From Pyrinomonadaceae bacterium (GTDB taxonomy: Bacteria > Acidobacteriota > Blastocatellia > Pyrinomonadales > Pyrinomonadaceae), in assembly GCA_035601635.1 (NCBI GenBank), contig DATNNY010000654.1:1-58361 (forward strand): a DNA stretch of 58,361 nucleotides, in the 5' to 3' direction. The notes under the pieces are model-generated. The model was not told the origin of the DNA. It saw nothing but the letters and a program-made list of their open reading frames with translations, and ran no database searches. The position numbers and the translations under genes are program-made. Shown piece by piece: positions 7,484-17,476 of this stretch; positions within the stretch are counted from its first letter, which is position 1; the number at the start of each line of letters is the position of its first letter.

Positions 7484-10141
7484 AAGTTCTCCTGCTGACG
7501 AAGGCGAGGTATTCGCGTCTCTGCCTTTTTGGCTCATTCGTTCACGAAAGGTTAAAGGATATTCGTTCGAAAATAAGAGACTACCGGATCATAAGTGAGC
7601 TCGGGAGGGGCAGCATGGGTGTCGTCTATGTCGCCGAACACCTATCGCTCGGTCGCCTTGTGGCGATAAAGACTCTTAACCTGAAAGCTGCGAAGGAAGA
7701 ACCGAATTTCCGCAAACGCTTCTTGCGCGAAGTTCGCACAATTTCGGCTCTTTCCCATCCGCAAATCGCGGCAGTTTACGATTACGGAGAGACCGAGGAT
7801 GGAGAACCCTTCCTCGTCATGGAACTGGTCAGAGGCGAGACCCTCAGCGATCTCATCTCGACAGACTTTCTCACAATTCCGCGCTCCCTCGACATCACTA
7901 GACAGGTAACTGAAGCGCTGTCCGTAGCCCATCGCCATGGTGTCATCCATCGCGACAGGTGTCATCCATCGCGACATTAGACCCGCCAATGTGATGGTCA
8001 AACCGAGCGGAGAAGTGAAAGTTATGGATTTTGGTATCGCTAATCTGCGGAAGCCCGGGGAGACCCCACGTTACGGAAAGCAGTCGACCGACGTCCGCGC
8101 AGTTCGTAGCGCAATGAATTATGCGGCACCTGAGCAGGCATTGGGCGAGCCGCTCGACTCGCGCGTCGACGTTTTTTCGACCGGTGTTTTGCTCTACGAA
8201 ATGTTGACGGGCAGATTGCCTTTCCGGAACGCGCTCCTGAACGAGGAACCACCGCGTCTGACTGAGGTCAGCTCCGGACCGACGCCCGAAGGCTTGCAGC
8301 AAGTCTTGAACCGCGCTCTAGCAAAGGATCGTGGGGCACGCTATCACGATATTATGGAGTTCAAGGACGATCTGAACTCGGTCATGCGGCAACTCGAAAG
8401 GAGCTATGCGAGCAAGGCTGAAACATCAGACGAGAATATTCTGCACGCTAATCTATGGATCGAGGACGATTATCGTGAGCCGGTGTCGCAACCTCTGATT
8501 ATCAGCACTAGCGACGCGTACTTCTTATTGTTCGCTATTGAGAACAAAGTCAGAGAGCGCATTAGCAGTACCCAATTATTCGTTGAGCCGGAGTCGCTGC
8601 AAGAGAAGCCTATATCGGTCGTGGAAATTGTGGTTTCAACCGATCTCTTGAAGGAAGCGACCGGCCAGGAGACCCGTCAGGTTGAATACTATGCAGGGAC
8701 CGGCACTCTTCCTGAAGCTTTCGCGCTCTATCCTAGAGTCGAAGGGCGTCACCCGGTAACCATTAGACTCTTCTATCGACAGACCATTCTCTACAGAGAA
8801 CGATTCTGTGTGGACGTCATTGCCCGTCTCAATCAGGCTCATACAGAGACACTGATCATGCCACGAACTCAGGAGGTAGCTTATATGGCTAATTTCGATG
8901 AATTCATTCAGCCTAACTTGACGTTGACGCTGGACCTCGACGGCAATTCTCTTTATTTGAGTTATCGAACTCCTGGGAACGAAAGGAAGGATCGAATCCG
9001 CCTACCCGTGCCGCCGGATCAAATCACCGACCCGGTAATCCTGATGCGAGAGGAACTCTCAAATTGGGCTAAGAAATACGAAGAGGTTCTGGATAAGGAC
9101 AAGAAAGATAGGTTGAGTTGCGATCCTGTAAAAATCAAAGATATGTGGACGTACCTGGCTCAAGAAGGACAGAGACTATACAGATTAATTTTTGATCTCG
9201 ACGACCAAACCGATCTTAATCTGGTCAAGCTAGCTGAAAACATCAAGGAACGGCTCGAGCCGGAATCAACAATAGAGATTGACGCGAGTCAAGTGCCTAT
9301 CCCATGGTCGATGTTGTTCGATGATGAGATCCCTTCCGTTGACGACCCGCTTTATCTCGAAAAGTTGCTCCCCCATTTTTGGGGCATTCGCCATCAGCTC
9401 ACAGTCCACCCGCCTTTAGGCACCAACACGTTCAATAACAAGCCTTACCTCGCGAACACTGATGGCACGAGACTTACGATCGGGGTTAATAAACAGACCG
9501 ATCTGGAATATCAGACCGGCCAAATGACTTTCTTTCAAGGCATGGAAGAGAAATTCAAGCAACTAACGGATCCAGAAAAGAGGTACTTGTTAATGCTCGG
9601 CACCTCCAAGGAGCAGGTGATATCGAGCTTGACTAAACGGGAGGAGCCGCAACATCTCTACTATCTTTTTTGTCATCACGAAAAAGGCGAAGGCGAGATC
9701 ACGATCTACGGAATTTCTGACAAGCTTAAGAAGACCCAGATCATTATGGAAGGGCAGCAGCAAGGCGTAATTACTCTCCAGGAGTTATCTGACAACCGTG
9801 CGATCCGCCCGTTTCGTTCTCCGCCCGTAATTTTTCTAAACGCCTGCCAGTCCAGCAAATTAAAGATGGGCGATCCGACCTCGTTTATGACTTACTTTAT
9901 CAGGCGCTTGGGATCCTGGAACTTCGTGGGTACTGAAGCAGACATCCCAGCGCCGTTCGCCGATGCCTTTGGGCAGCGTTTCGTAAAGGAGTTTTTGAAG
10001 GGCAAACGAGTAGGTGAAATCCTATTCGATTTCAGGAAAGACTATGCGCGTCGGTATTTCAATCCTTTTGGTCTCTACTACACGCTGTTCGGGCGAGGTG
10101 AAATTCATCTGCAGAATCCGGTTGCGGGAGTAACGCCATGA
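7480..10141 (+). pseudogene. Ser/Thr protein kinase - CHAT (caspase-like) fusion, frameshifted by a 19-bp tandem duplication
   Basis: ORF 7480-7980 has GRGSMGVVYVAEH, AIK and HRHGVIHRD, then terminates. ORF 7937-10141 restarts at GVIHRDIRPANVMV, DFG and APE. The C-terminus has a CHAT-like His/Cys pair (YYLFCHHEKGEG and VIFLNACQSS). Removing one 19-bp copy restores a single frame. Confidence 0.8.
7939..7976. repeat. exact 19-bp tandem duplication GGTGTCATCCATCGCGACA x2
   Basis: Read directly: 7939-7957 equals 7958-7976. It lies on the HRD catalytic-loop codons. Confidence 0.95.
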
Positions 10142-11502
10142 CGCGCCACTACGTAATCAGTGATTTACACCTCGGCATGGGTCGAATAAATGAAACGGAA
10201 TGGCATCCGCTTGAAGATTTCAAGTCGGACGAAAGTTTTCACAAATACCTCGACTTCATCGACAAGGATGGAGGCGATGAACTGATTATCAACGGCGACT
10301 GGATCGATTTTATGCAGTTAGAGCCGTTAGCGTATGATCCCGATCACCTGCACTACTCGGAAGACGGTCACATTCTAGGATGGACCGAAAAGGATTCCCT
10401 GGCCAAGTTAGAGAGCTGCAGAGCTCAACTTGCACATAAAAACTTCTTTGACGACCTGCGGCATTTCCTTAGTTCTGGAAAGAAATTAACGATCATCATG
10501 GGAAACCATGATCCCGATCTGTTCTGGCCGGGTGTTCAGGCTGAAATTATCAGCTATCTGAATCCGCCGGAGAAGGATCGCCTCGAGTTTTCCCAAACTT
10601 TTGTCCGTCGGGGCACCGCTCATATCGAACATGGTAATCAATACTGTTCGCCTGAAAACAGATTCTACAATCCTCAGAACGTTTTTCATCGCAGCACTGA
10701 AGACAACCTCGAACGGCTCGAAATGGCGTGGGGCACCATCTTTGTGATGGAATTCTTTAACTCGATTGAGGAAGAGTTTCCTTTTGCCGACAACATCAAG
10801 ACGCAGGTACGAGCCATTTGGCTGGGGATTAAGAATGGCTGGGTTGGCGGTAAGATGGCCGCTAAGTTCGTAAAGTTTATGATCAGCGCCGGCATTCCCT
10901 GGAGCTCCATTACAGCGAATGTTTTAGGGCCGAAAAAAACAGCGCCTCATCAATTGATTCAAAATCTTGGCGAGCCCGCAATCACCGCCGAGCTGCTGAA
11001 AAATTACGGATCCAATCCTGCTTTTAAGAAAAGCTTTGACGATGAAATAGCTCGCACCACTAATGCTGAGTGGCGAACTCTCCAGCTGCAAAATGTCCGA
11101 AATGCAGAGCTATCCGGACCTGACAAAAGACCTGTTACAGCCGCTGAACTTACGCCGGATCCGGCTGGCAGTCCGGTGATGGGTGTCTTTCGCGATGAGC
11201 CTGAGTTTCGAGGCGCCACCGAATTGTTGAAGCGAAATCGAGGAGGTGAGGTGATTTTTGGTCACACGCACACGGAGATTGACGGCAAAGATCCTAAAGC
11301 CAAAGTGAAAAATTATTTTAATACGGGAACGTGGGTCGATAGTCTTGATCTTTCTCAACCGGGGAAACGCGAGATTCTCAAGAACATAAAAGGACCAGAC
11401 CTAAAGAACGATGCAATCTTCGATCTGCGGTTAAGACAAGTCATTATTGATCTCGACGACAACAATGCTACTCGAGTATCTTTGGAACCTATTAAGCCTT
11501 AG
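10138..11502 (+). CDS. calcineurin-like metallophosphoesterase
   Basis: 454 aa with ISDLHLG, NGDWIDF, GNHDPD and FGHTH motifs. The start overlaps the upstream stop (ATGA). Confidence 0.8.
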   Translation: MTRHYVISDLHLGMGRINETEWHPLEDFKSDESFHKYLDFIDKDGGDELIINGDWIDFMQLEPLAYDPDHLHYSEDGHILGWTEKDSLAKLESCRAQLAHKNFFDDLRHFLSSGKKLTIIMGNHDPDLFWPGVQAEIISYLNPPEKDRLEFSQTFVRRGTAHIEHGNQYCSPENRFYNPQNVFHRSTEDNLERLEMAWGTIFVMEFFNSIEEEFPFADNIKTQVRAIWLGIKNGWVGGKMAAKFVKFMISAGIPWSSITANVLGPKKTAPHQLIQNLGEPAITAELLKNYGSNPAFKKSFDDEIARTTNAEWRTLQLQNVRNAELSGPDKRPVTAAELTPDPAGSPVMGVFRDEPEFRGATELLKRNRGGEVIFGHTHTEIDGKDPKAKVKNYFNTGTWVDSLDLSQPGKREILKNIKGPDLKNDAIFDLRLRQVIIDLDDNNATRVSLEPIKP

Positions 11503-11862
11503 TCACTTAGTCTCACAGAACAAACCTAGAATCATTTGATCGCCTGGATAAGGCGCGCCAGAAGCAAGACGCCACTCTCGAGTGAACCAAGTGTCGGTTG
11601 CTATTCCGGCAGTCGATTTGTTGATTTCTTGTAATGATGGAATTAATGCCCGAAGTCTCTACTTATGGGTGGACATAAACGCGGGATACTTACAGTGTGT
11701 ACTGTCGGAAACGAGCAGTTCGTGCGCCTTGTCTTGATCGTGCAGCATGCGTGAACGTGTTTTCTGGTCGTTCATTATGTGAGGGAGATTATAGATCGGC
11801 TGCCAGCAATGCAGATATTGGCGGGACGGTACGAGAGAACAGATCGACGCGCCGTGGCGTGG

Positions 11863-11907
11863 AATCACTAACTATGGTGCGGATTTCACTAACTATGAGA
11901 ACCGACA
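11863..11907. repeat. Tn7-like right-end sites, copy B (end of element 1)
   Basis: AATCACTAACTATGGTGCGG then ATTTCACTAACTATGAGAACCGACA. Nearly identical to 49408-49452. Confidence 0.6.
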
Positions 11908-11916
11908 TCGTCTCTA

Positions 11917-12040
11917 GGTTCTCATACTTAATGAAATTTCGCTGGCTAAGATACAACAACTTACAGGAATCTTCTCAAAGTTAGCGCGTCCAGATTCTCG
12001 TAGTTATTGATTTTCTTCTGTTCAATTACCGTTGTTCATA
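11917..12040. repeat. Tn7-like left-end repeat block, copy B
   Basis: GGTTCTCATACTTAATGAAAT (11917-11937), CTTCTCAAAGTTAGCGCGTC (11971-11990) and GATTCTCGTAGTTATTGATTTT (11993-12014). Colinear with 4664-4785. Confidence 0.6.
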
Positions 12041-12162
12041 AAACCGCTAACCTAATAACCAAGTCTGAGGTTCAAGTCCCCACGCGCCTAACAATTCCCT
12101 TCAATAACAATCTCGCACTGCTTCGGCGGAAAACAATTTTACGCAGTTGCGCTGGTTTGCGG

Positions 12163-13323
12163 CTATTGTGATGTCTCCCAAGTTATTTTCCCTACTGATG
12201 TCTCAGGCCGCAGGAAGGCAATCCACTTAAGTAACGTGCTGTACTGCAAGTATCGTCTACCGAACCTTGGTTTTGCGTAGAGTCTGCGTGCCAAAAATCT
12301 TCTTCGACGCATTGTCCTACCAATTGCGCTCGAACGAATTCGCTTGTCATAGGTCGAGAAGGAGAAGTCATTCGACCTAATCGCGTTATTAGCCGACTGC
12401 GCAGCAATCATGCCAAGGGCAAGAGCAGACGTGATCCCCTCGCCAAACAAGGGGTCGACACCGGCAGCATCGCCAGTTAGGAGGACTCGGTCCAGGCTGC
12501 ATGGCGCCCGTGGTTCATAGCGCAGGAGAGGGTGTGATTTTTGTTCGAAACGATTTGCATCAATACCGTGTTCCCCGAGCCATTCGGCAAAGGAATCTCG
12601 CAGATGGAACGTTTCGTCTTTCCTGAATGGCGCAGCCATGATTCCCAAACTTACGACTGGAGGCTCTTCGGACACCGTTGGGAAGATCCAACAGTATCCG
12701 GGAACTCCCCGACTCGTTACACTAAGATCAAAAATGGCCATGTTTCTCGAAAAATCGGGAATGTCCGTTTCACCAAGCGAGGCAAAAGTCTCTATTGCAA
12801 TCATGAGCCGATCGTGACGAGGCAGGCCCACTAGCCTGCGCACTGTGCTGTTCGCTCCGTCGGCTCCAATGACAATCTTTGTTCGATATTCGTTCTTCGA
12901 GGTCCTAATAACGATATCCTGCGAAGTGCGGGTGATATTATCAACTGACTCTCCGTCCCTGGTAACAACGCCACGCCGACGTGCTGTTTGAAATAGAAGG
13001 TCATCGAATTGATCCCGACGAATCACCCGAAAATGATCAGGATGTCTAACTGTTAGACATCCGGTGGGTAGAACGAACTTCGAAATGTGGACCGGATGAG
13101 ATGGCAAATCAATTCTTAGACCCAACTGCCCCAGAATGACATCGGCGTCCTTGATCATCCCGCCAGCACATAGCTTAACGCGAGGAAAGACCGCCCTATC
13201 CAGAAGGAGCACGCGACTGGTGATATCGGGATCCAGCTTGGCTAACTCGAGGGCGGTCGCACAGCCGGATGGACCTGCTCCGACGATTATGATCTCAAAG
13301 TCATGCATGGACGAAACCTTCAA
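12163..13323 (-). CDS. FAD-dependent oxidoreductase, geranylgeranyl-reductase family
   Basis: 386 aa. N-terminal dinucleotide fold is IIIVGAGPSGCATALELAK. A second motif, LLTGDAAGVDPLFGEGITSAL, is typical of the GGR/FixC-like family. Confidence 0.75.
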   Translation of the reverse strand: MKVSSMHDFEIIIVGAGPSGCATALELAKLDPDITSRVLLLDRAVFPRVKLCAGGMIKDADVILGQLGLRIDLPSHPVHISKFVLPTGCLTVRHPDHFRVIRRDQFDDLLFQTARRRGVVTRDGESVDNITRTSQDIVIRTSKNEYRTKIVIGADGANSTVRRLVGLPRHDRLMIAIETFASLGETDIPDFSRNMAIFDLSVTSRGVPGYCWIFPTVSEEPPVVSLGIMAAPFRKDETFHLRDSFAEWLGEHGIDANRFEQKSHPLLRYEPRAPCSLDRVLLTGDAAGVDPLFGEGITSALALGMIAAQSANNAIRSNDFSFSTYDKRIRSSAIGRTMRRRRFLARRLYAKPRFGRRYLQYSTLLKWIAFLRPETSVGKITWETSQ

Positions 13324-13669
13324 ACTTCAAGGCCTATGTAATTGGGAAGGAACAATTGCACGCGCTGGGCATTTACGGTCCCAGTAAACGAACAGGTTTA
13401 GTTTCGATCATGAAGGCCTTGACCTCCGTTAATTCGCCATAATAGGCTCAGCCGGCTTCAGACGTAAATCAGTAGACCGTTAGAAGACGGATTCTTCGGC
13501 AATCTCGCGTCCTGAGCCAGGACAAACGAGAGCCGCATTCGATGGGTGCTTAAGTCTGGCGTGTCTGAGTATTCCGATGATAACCCTTTGAAACTGCATG
13601 AATCGCTGCTGGGTTTCACCGCGACCGCTTAACTCACACGTCACGCGTTAACCGGGACTGAGGAGAAAT

Positions 13670-14356
13670 ATGGCCTCCAAGACAATAGTTGAAAAAGTAA
13701 AAGAGTCTTTGGCGAGCGAGTCACCGGAGTATATAGACCAATACTACAAGGCATTGCTGGAGAATTTCCATCGCCTGGACCAGAAATTTCATCGCGCCCT
13801 CTTGCTCTTACTATTCGCGATAGCGTCGTTTGTGCTTTTAGCGCATACCTCAACAGTCGAAGTTGCGCTTGGCCCCTTTAAGCTAAAGGATGTTGGGATC
13901 CTTCTAAAGTATTTGCCACTGATAGTCGCCTACGCGTACTGCTCAACGAGCTCACTAGGCACCATGCGACAACATATGCGCGACCTTACGGCGGCTGTGG
14001 TAACGATCAATCATAAATCCATTGCTAAGAACTCAATGGACATCTTTCTACAGCCACATTCGTTATTCCATTCATCAGAAACAAGCCAAAAGTTCTCCTT
14101 TGGCATTCTTTCCAAGACGTTCCTCCATATTGAGGCAATCCTCGTGTTAGCTCTGATGATTGGCCCCATTATTTTCCTCGGGCACGCCTTCTATCACTGC
14201 TTCTTCGTGTTTGGTTTTAGAGATGTGAATCTCTGGGTGTCGTTGATCCTATCCTTCGTTTTCGTCTTTCAGGCAGTTTTGGTTTTCGTGCACTATTTTC
14301 GAGATATGTACATCATTGGATCGGAGCGCACACAGGACCACCAAGAGGCGAAATGA
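13670..14356 (+). CDS. hypothetical membrane protein
   Basis: 228-aa ORF with several hydrophobic helices. I recognise no motif. Confidence 0.5.
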   Translation: MASKTIVEKVKESLASESPEYIDQYYKALLENFHRLDQKFHRALLLLLFAIASFVLLAHTSTVEVALGPFKLKDVGILLKYLPLIVAYAYCSTSSLGTMRQHMRDLTAAVVTINHKSIAKNSMDIFLQPHSLFHSSETSQKFSFGILSKTFLHIEAILVLALMIGPIIFLGHAFYHCFFVFGFRDVNLWVSLILSFVFVFQAVLVFVHYFRDMYIIGSERTQDHQEAK

Positions 14357-14732
14357 GAAGCAAGGCTAATCTAAATTCGACGAAGCGGTGGACCGCCCTC
14401 TCGACTGTGGCTTACTATAGAATCAAAGAAAACTGGAAAGAAAACGAGCAAGCCGAGACAACGGGAAGCGGCTGATCTCGACTCTTTGCTCCGCACTTGG
14501 TCGGGCCAAAAGGTGAGCCGGTTAAATCGGTGGTCTATCTGCGTCATAGGATTTGCTGGCGATGTGTCGATAGAGGTCAAAGAAATAGCTGGGAAATGAA
14601 ACAAATTGAGAAATCTTATATAGACCATTCTCAGACTGAGTAGCTTTTATATTGTCTCGACACAATTTTGAAGGCATAATACGCCGACCTCAAACGAGCA
14701 AGTTTCTGAAGGTTTAGGCTTTACCCAGACTA

Positions 14733-15536
14733 TTGTATATAAGGATTATTGTGCTCCTTCTCCGCGCGATACTGCGACTTATTAGGTTTAGCACCTCGCT
14801 TCTTTGCGTTTTGGCAATATTCCTTCCGTTATTAGCCAGAACCAAGAATCTCGTTTTAAGCATTAGTGAAGCGATCCCTTTACTTTTCATTTGCATGTGC
14901 ACATTTATTGCGAATGACCTGGACGATATCGAAAAAGATCGCGTAAACCATCCCGAGCGGCCGCTGCCCGCCGGCGAGCTGACTTCAGAGTTTGCCGCGG
15001 TTCTTTACTTCCTTTCGCTTGGTTTGGCACTTTTTTTGACTAGGTACTTTGTCCCACAGGACATTGCCTTTTGGTACTACGGCCTAATTACATTAACCAT
15101 CAGTTACCGATATGTAGTTGAGTTTTTGCCAAGCGTCAAAACCGTCTACACAGCGATTGGGAGTTCGATTCCGCTTTTGCTAATCGCAACTTCATATCCT
15201 CATGAGCAGAAATTGAGAGTTGCCGCAGCTTCCGTTTTTCTTTTCATATTGGCGCGAGAAATATGCGGTGATCTCCAAGACAGATCGGGAGATGCGGTTT
15301 CGTTCATGCACCAGCTTAGTCCCTCATCGCTAGCCGTTACTGCATTTATCCTTCAAGTGTTGGGATTGGTGTTGCTGGCGCTCCAAACGACCAATCGAGG
15401 AGATGTCATTGCTCTGACTTCGATGACACTGTTGCTTACATTGTCGAGCGTCTATTGGTTCAAACTAGCGCACTACCGAAGAGCAACTCTTCTAATGAAG
15501 ATTCAGTTGTTTGTCGGGCTTTATTTCCTGATCTGA
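14733..15536 (+). CDS. UbiA-family prenyltransferase
   Basis: NDLDDIEKDRVNHPERPLPAGEL is the UbiA NDxxDxxxD...RP motif, and the protein is polytopic. The start is uncertain (TTG 14733 or GTG 14751). Confidence 0.75.
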   Translation: MYIRIIVLLLRAILRLIRFSTSLLCVLAIFLPLLARTKNLVLSISEAIPLLFICMCTFIANDLDDIEKDRVNHPERPLPAGELTSEFAAVLYFLSLGLALFLTRYFVPQDIAFWYYGLITLTISYRYVVEFLPSVKTVYTAIGSSIPLLLIATSYPHEQKLRVAAASVFLFILAREICGDLQDRSGDAVSFMHQLSPSSLAVTAFILQVLGLVLLALQTTNRGDVIALTSMTLLLTLSSVYWFKLAHYRRATLLMKIQLFVGLYFLI

Positions 15537-15620
15537 ACCATTGAAAAGAGACCGTTTGCTTCTCAGCCGCTGATTCTTATGACGGTTTAATGATAGCCCG
15601 TTGTCCAGGAGATTAACCTC

Positions 15621-16730
15621 ATGTCCACCCCCCAAGACACTGAAAATCTACTACCGTCCGAAGCATATAGACAAGCCACTAGCTCGCTTGTGTATAGGCT
15701 CTCAGAATTGATGTTCGGGAGTCTTTTGGCGGCCTATTGCCTTGGCTTCGTAGGAGCAATTGCTGCTGCTGAGGCTAGTCTACCTTCCGTATACCGGCCT
15801 TTGGGAATTTGGTTGCTCGCAACCCAATATATTTGCATTTCCTTAATGTTTACGTATCTTACAACCAGCTTCTACCTCACTTATCACGTGGGAATACTCA
15901 CTCAGCCCAGATTGCCTTTCGATAGTCTCGGACTAGATTTCACTATCGCGGTTCTACAGGCTGTCTTTTTCGGATTATCGCTGCTCCTTCCTGCACTATT
16001 CCCAGTCTTACTGGCGGTGAATGTTTTCATATCAGCGTGGCGTAAGAACCAGGAATACACGCGATTAGTGGACAATCTATTTGAAGATTGCAAAGGTCGT
16101 GAAAAATCTAAACCAATATTTCGTAATGAACTCGCGGATCTCTTGCGAGGCAAGCGTCACCTGACACTTTGGGCACCCATCGGGTCGGACATTCGAAGAA
16201 AGGGACTCTGGGCTTTCTTGATTGGTGTGTTTGTAGTCGGTCTCTATTCGAAATCGGATTCCATTACGCCGCACAACTTCCTAATCTGGTTACTTGATTG
16301 GTTGAACAACAGGTTGCCGCAGTTTCTGATTGAATGGATAGCACGGCCACTTCTGACTCCATGGGGGTTAAAGCAGCTCTTAATTACGGGTGAGATCCTA
16401 TTGGCTACATATTTTGTGTATCGCCATGCGCGAGGGGTTTTGGGAAAACGCGCCTCCTTCCGCGGGTTCCCAATTAAGAGTCTTGACTCTTGCAGGTACC
16501 CTGCCGACGTAGGAGTTGAAGATTTTTGCAGGTATCAAGCTGAGGCTGGAGATATTGGGAAGACACTAGACGGGAAAGCGCAATTAAGCAGTCCCGGTAA
16601 AAGTCAAGAAGGTGCAGGCGACGTTCACGGAGGCTCGAAAGCGAACTCTCCTCCCTCCATGGACGAAGAGTTCGAAAACTTACCAGTTGAGGTCAGGAAA
16701 TTATGCGAAAAACTGTTCCCTCAGAGTTAA
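15621..16730 (+). CDS. hypothetical polytopic membrane protein
   Basis: 369-aa ORF with multiple TM helices and an acidic or charged C-terminal tail. No motif recognised. Confidence 0.5.
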   Translation: MSTPQDTENLLPSEAYRQATSSLVYRLSELMFGSLLAAYCLGFVGAIAAAEASLPSVYRPLGIWLLATQYICISLMFTYLTTSFYLTYHVGILTQPRLPFDSLGLDFTIAVLQAVFFGLSLLLPALFPVLLAVNVFISAWRKNQEYTRLVDNLFEDCKGREKSKPIFRNELADLLRGKRHLTLWAPIGSDIRRKGLWAFLIGVFVVGLYSKSDSITPHNFLIWLLDWLNNRLPQFLIEWIARPLLTPWGLKQLLITGEILLATYFVYRHARGVLGKRASFRGFPIKSLDSCRYPADVGVEDFCRYQAEAGDIGKTLDGKAQLSSPGKSQEGAGDVHGGSKANSPPSMDEEFENLPVEVRKLCEKLFPQS

Positions 16731-16854
16731 ATGTGCGTCGGCTGAAGCCTCAAGATTGCACAGAGGTCGCGATGAGTATTACAAATGCATCGGTCGCTTT
16801 TCTTTAATGTCGAATCTTACAATTCTATTCGATTAGATTGTCTTAACTAGAACC

Positions 16855-17442
16855 ATGCCATTTAATACGAATGTAATCGAAGGCTTCACGGAATCAGCCG
16901 TCCGAACCCTCGCGGCAAGCACGCCCGAGGAAAGAGTGGTACTGGTAAACGAAGATGACGAAGCAATCGGAATAGAGGACAAAACCAAGGCCCACCGGTT
17001 GGGGAAGCTGCACCGGGCTTTTTCGGTTTTTGTTGTCAATTCCGCAGGCCAGCTACTGGTGCAAAAAAGAGCGGTGACGAAATATCATTCACGCAACCTG
17101 TGGTCGAACACGTGCTGCGGTCATCCCCGACCAGGTGAAACCATTGCGCAGGCTTCGCGACGACGACTTGGAGAGGAAATGGGATTCCAGTCGAATTTGA
17201 AAGAAGTCTTCAGTTTCATTTATCGCGCCAACCTTGAAGACGGATTGATCGAAAACGAATACGATCATGTTTTGGTTGGCTACTTCGAAGGCGTTCCCAC
17301 GCCTGATCCGGCCGAGATTTCTGAGTACAGGTGGGTAGATATCCCGGGCCTTAGCGTCGACCTTCAGAGAGACCCTGAGAATTATACGTGTTGGTTTCGG
17401 ATTTCTTTTGACCGCTTTCTTCGCGTCCTTCAACCTCTCTAG
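16855..17442 (+). CDS. idi: isopentenyl-diphosphate delta-isomerase, type 1 (Nudix)
   Basis: HRAFSVFVVNSAGQLLVQKRA, WSNTCCGHP and ENEYDHV are type-1 IDI signatures. Confidence 0.85.
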   Translation: MPFNTNVIEGFTESAVRTLAASTPEERVVLVNEDDEAIGIEDKTKAHRLGKLHRAFSVFVVNSAGQLLVQKRAVTKYHSRNLWSNTCCGHPRPGETIAQASRRRLGEEMGFQSNLKEVFSFIYRANLEDGLIENEYDHVLVGYFEGVPTPDPAEISEYRWVDIPGLSVDLQRDPENYTCWFRISFDRFLRVLQPL

Positions 17443-17476
17443 CGTCGATTTCACTTGCTCTAATTAGCCACGGTTT

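Larger units (their letters stand above)
4658..11907. mobile_element. transposase-less Tn7-like element (element 1), presumably mobilisable in trans
   Basis: The left end at 4664 (GGTTCTCATAGTTATTGAAAT plus two inner sites) is homologous to the left end at 11917. The right end at 11863-11907 is near-identical to the right end at 49408-49452. No tns genes lie inside. Exact termini are ambiguous by 1-4 nt. Confidence 0.5.

Noticed and set aside
12045-12093. Possible 3' fragment of a tRNA (TGAGG-TTCAAGT-CCCCA T-arm-like hairpin followed by CGCGCCTA), just inside the left end of element 2
   Set aside because: The T-stem has a mismatch and no matching 5' acceptor strand or anticodon arm is found upstream. 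It might be a relic of an earlier tRNA-linked attachment site, but the evidence is too thin to call.
14371-14628. 85-aa minus-strand ORF in the gap between the membrane protein and the UbiA gene
   Set aside because: No motif, poor coding appearance and no ribosome-binding site. Treated as intergenic.
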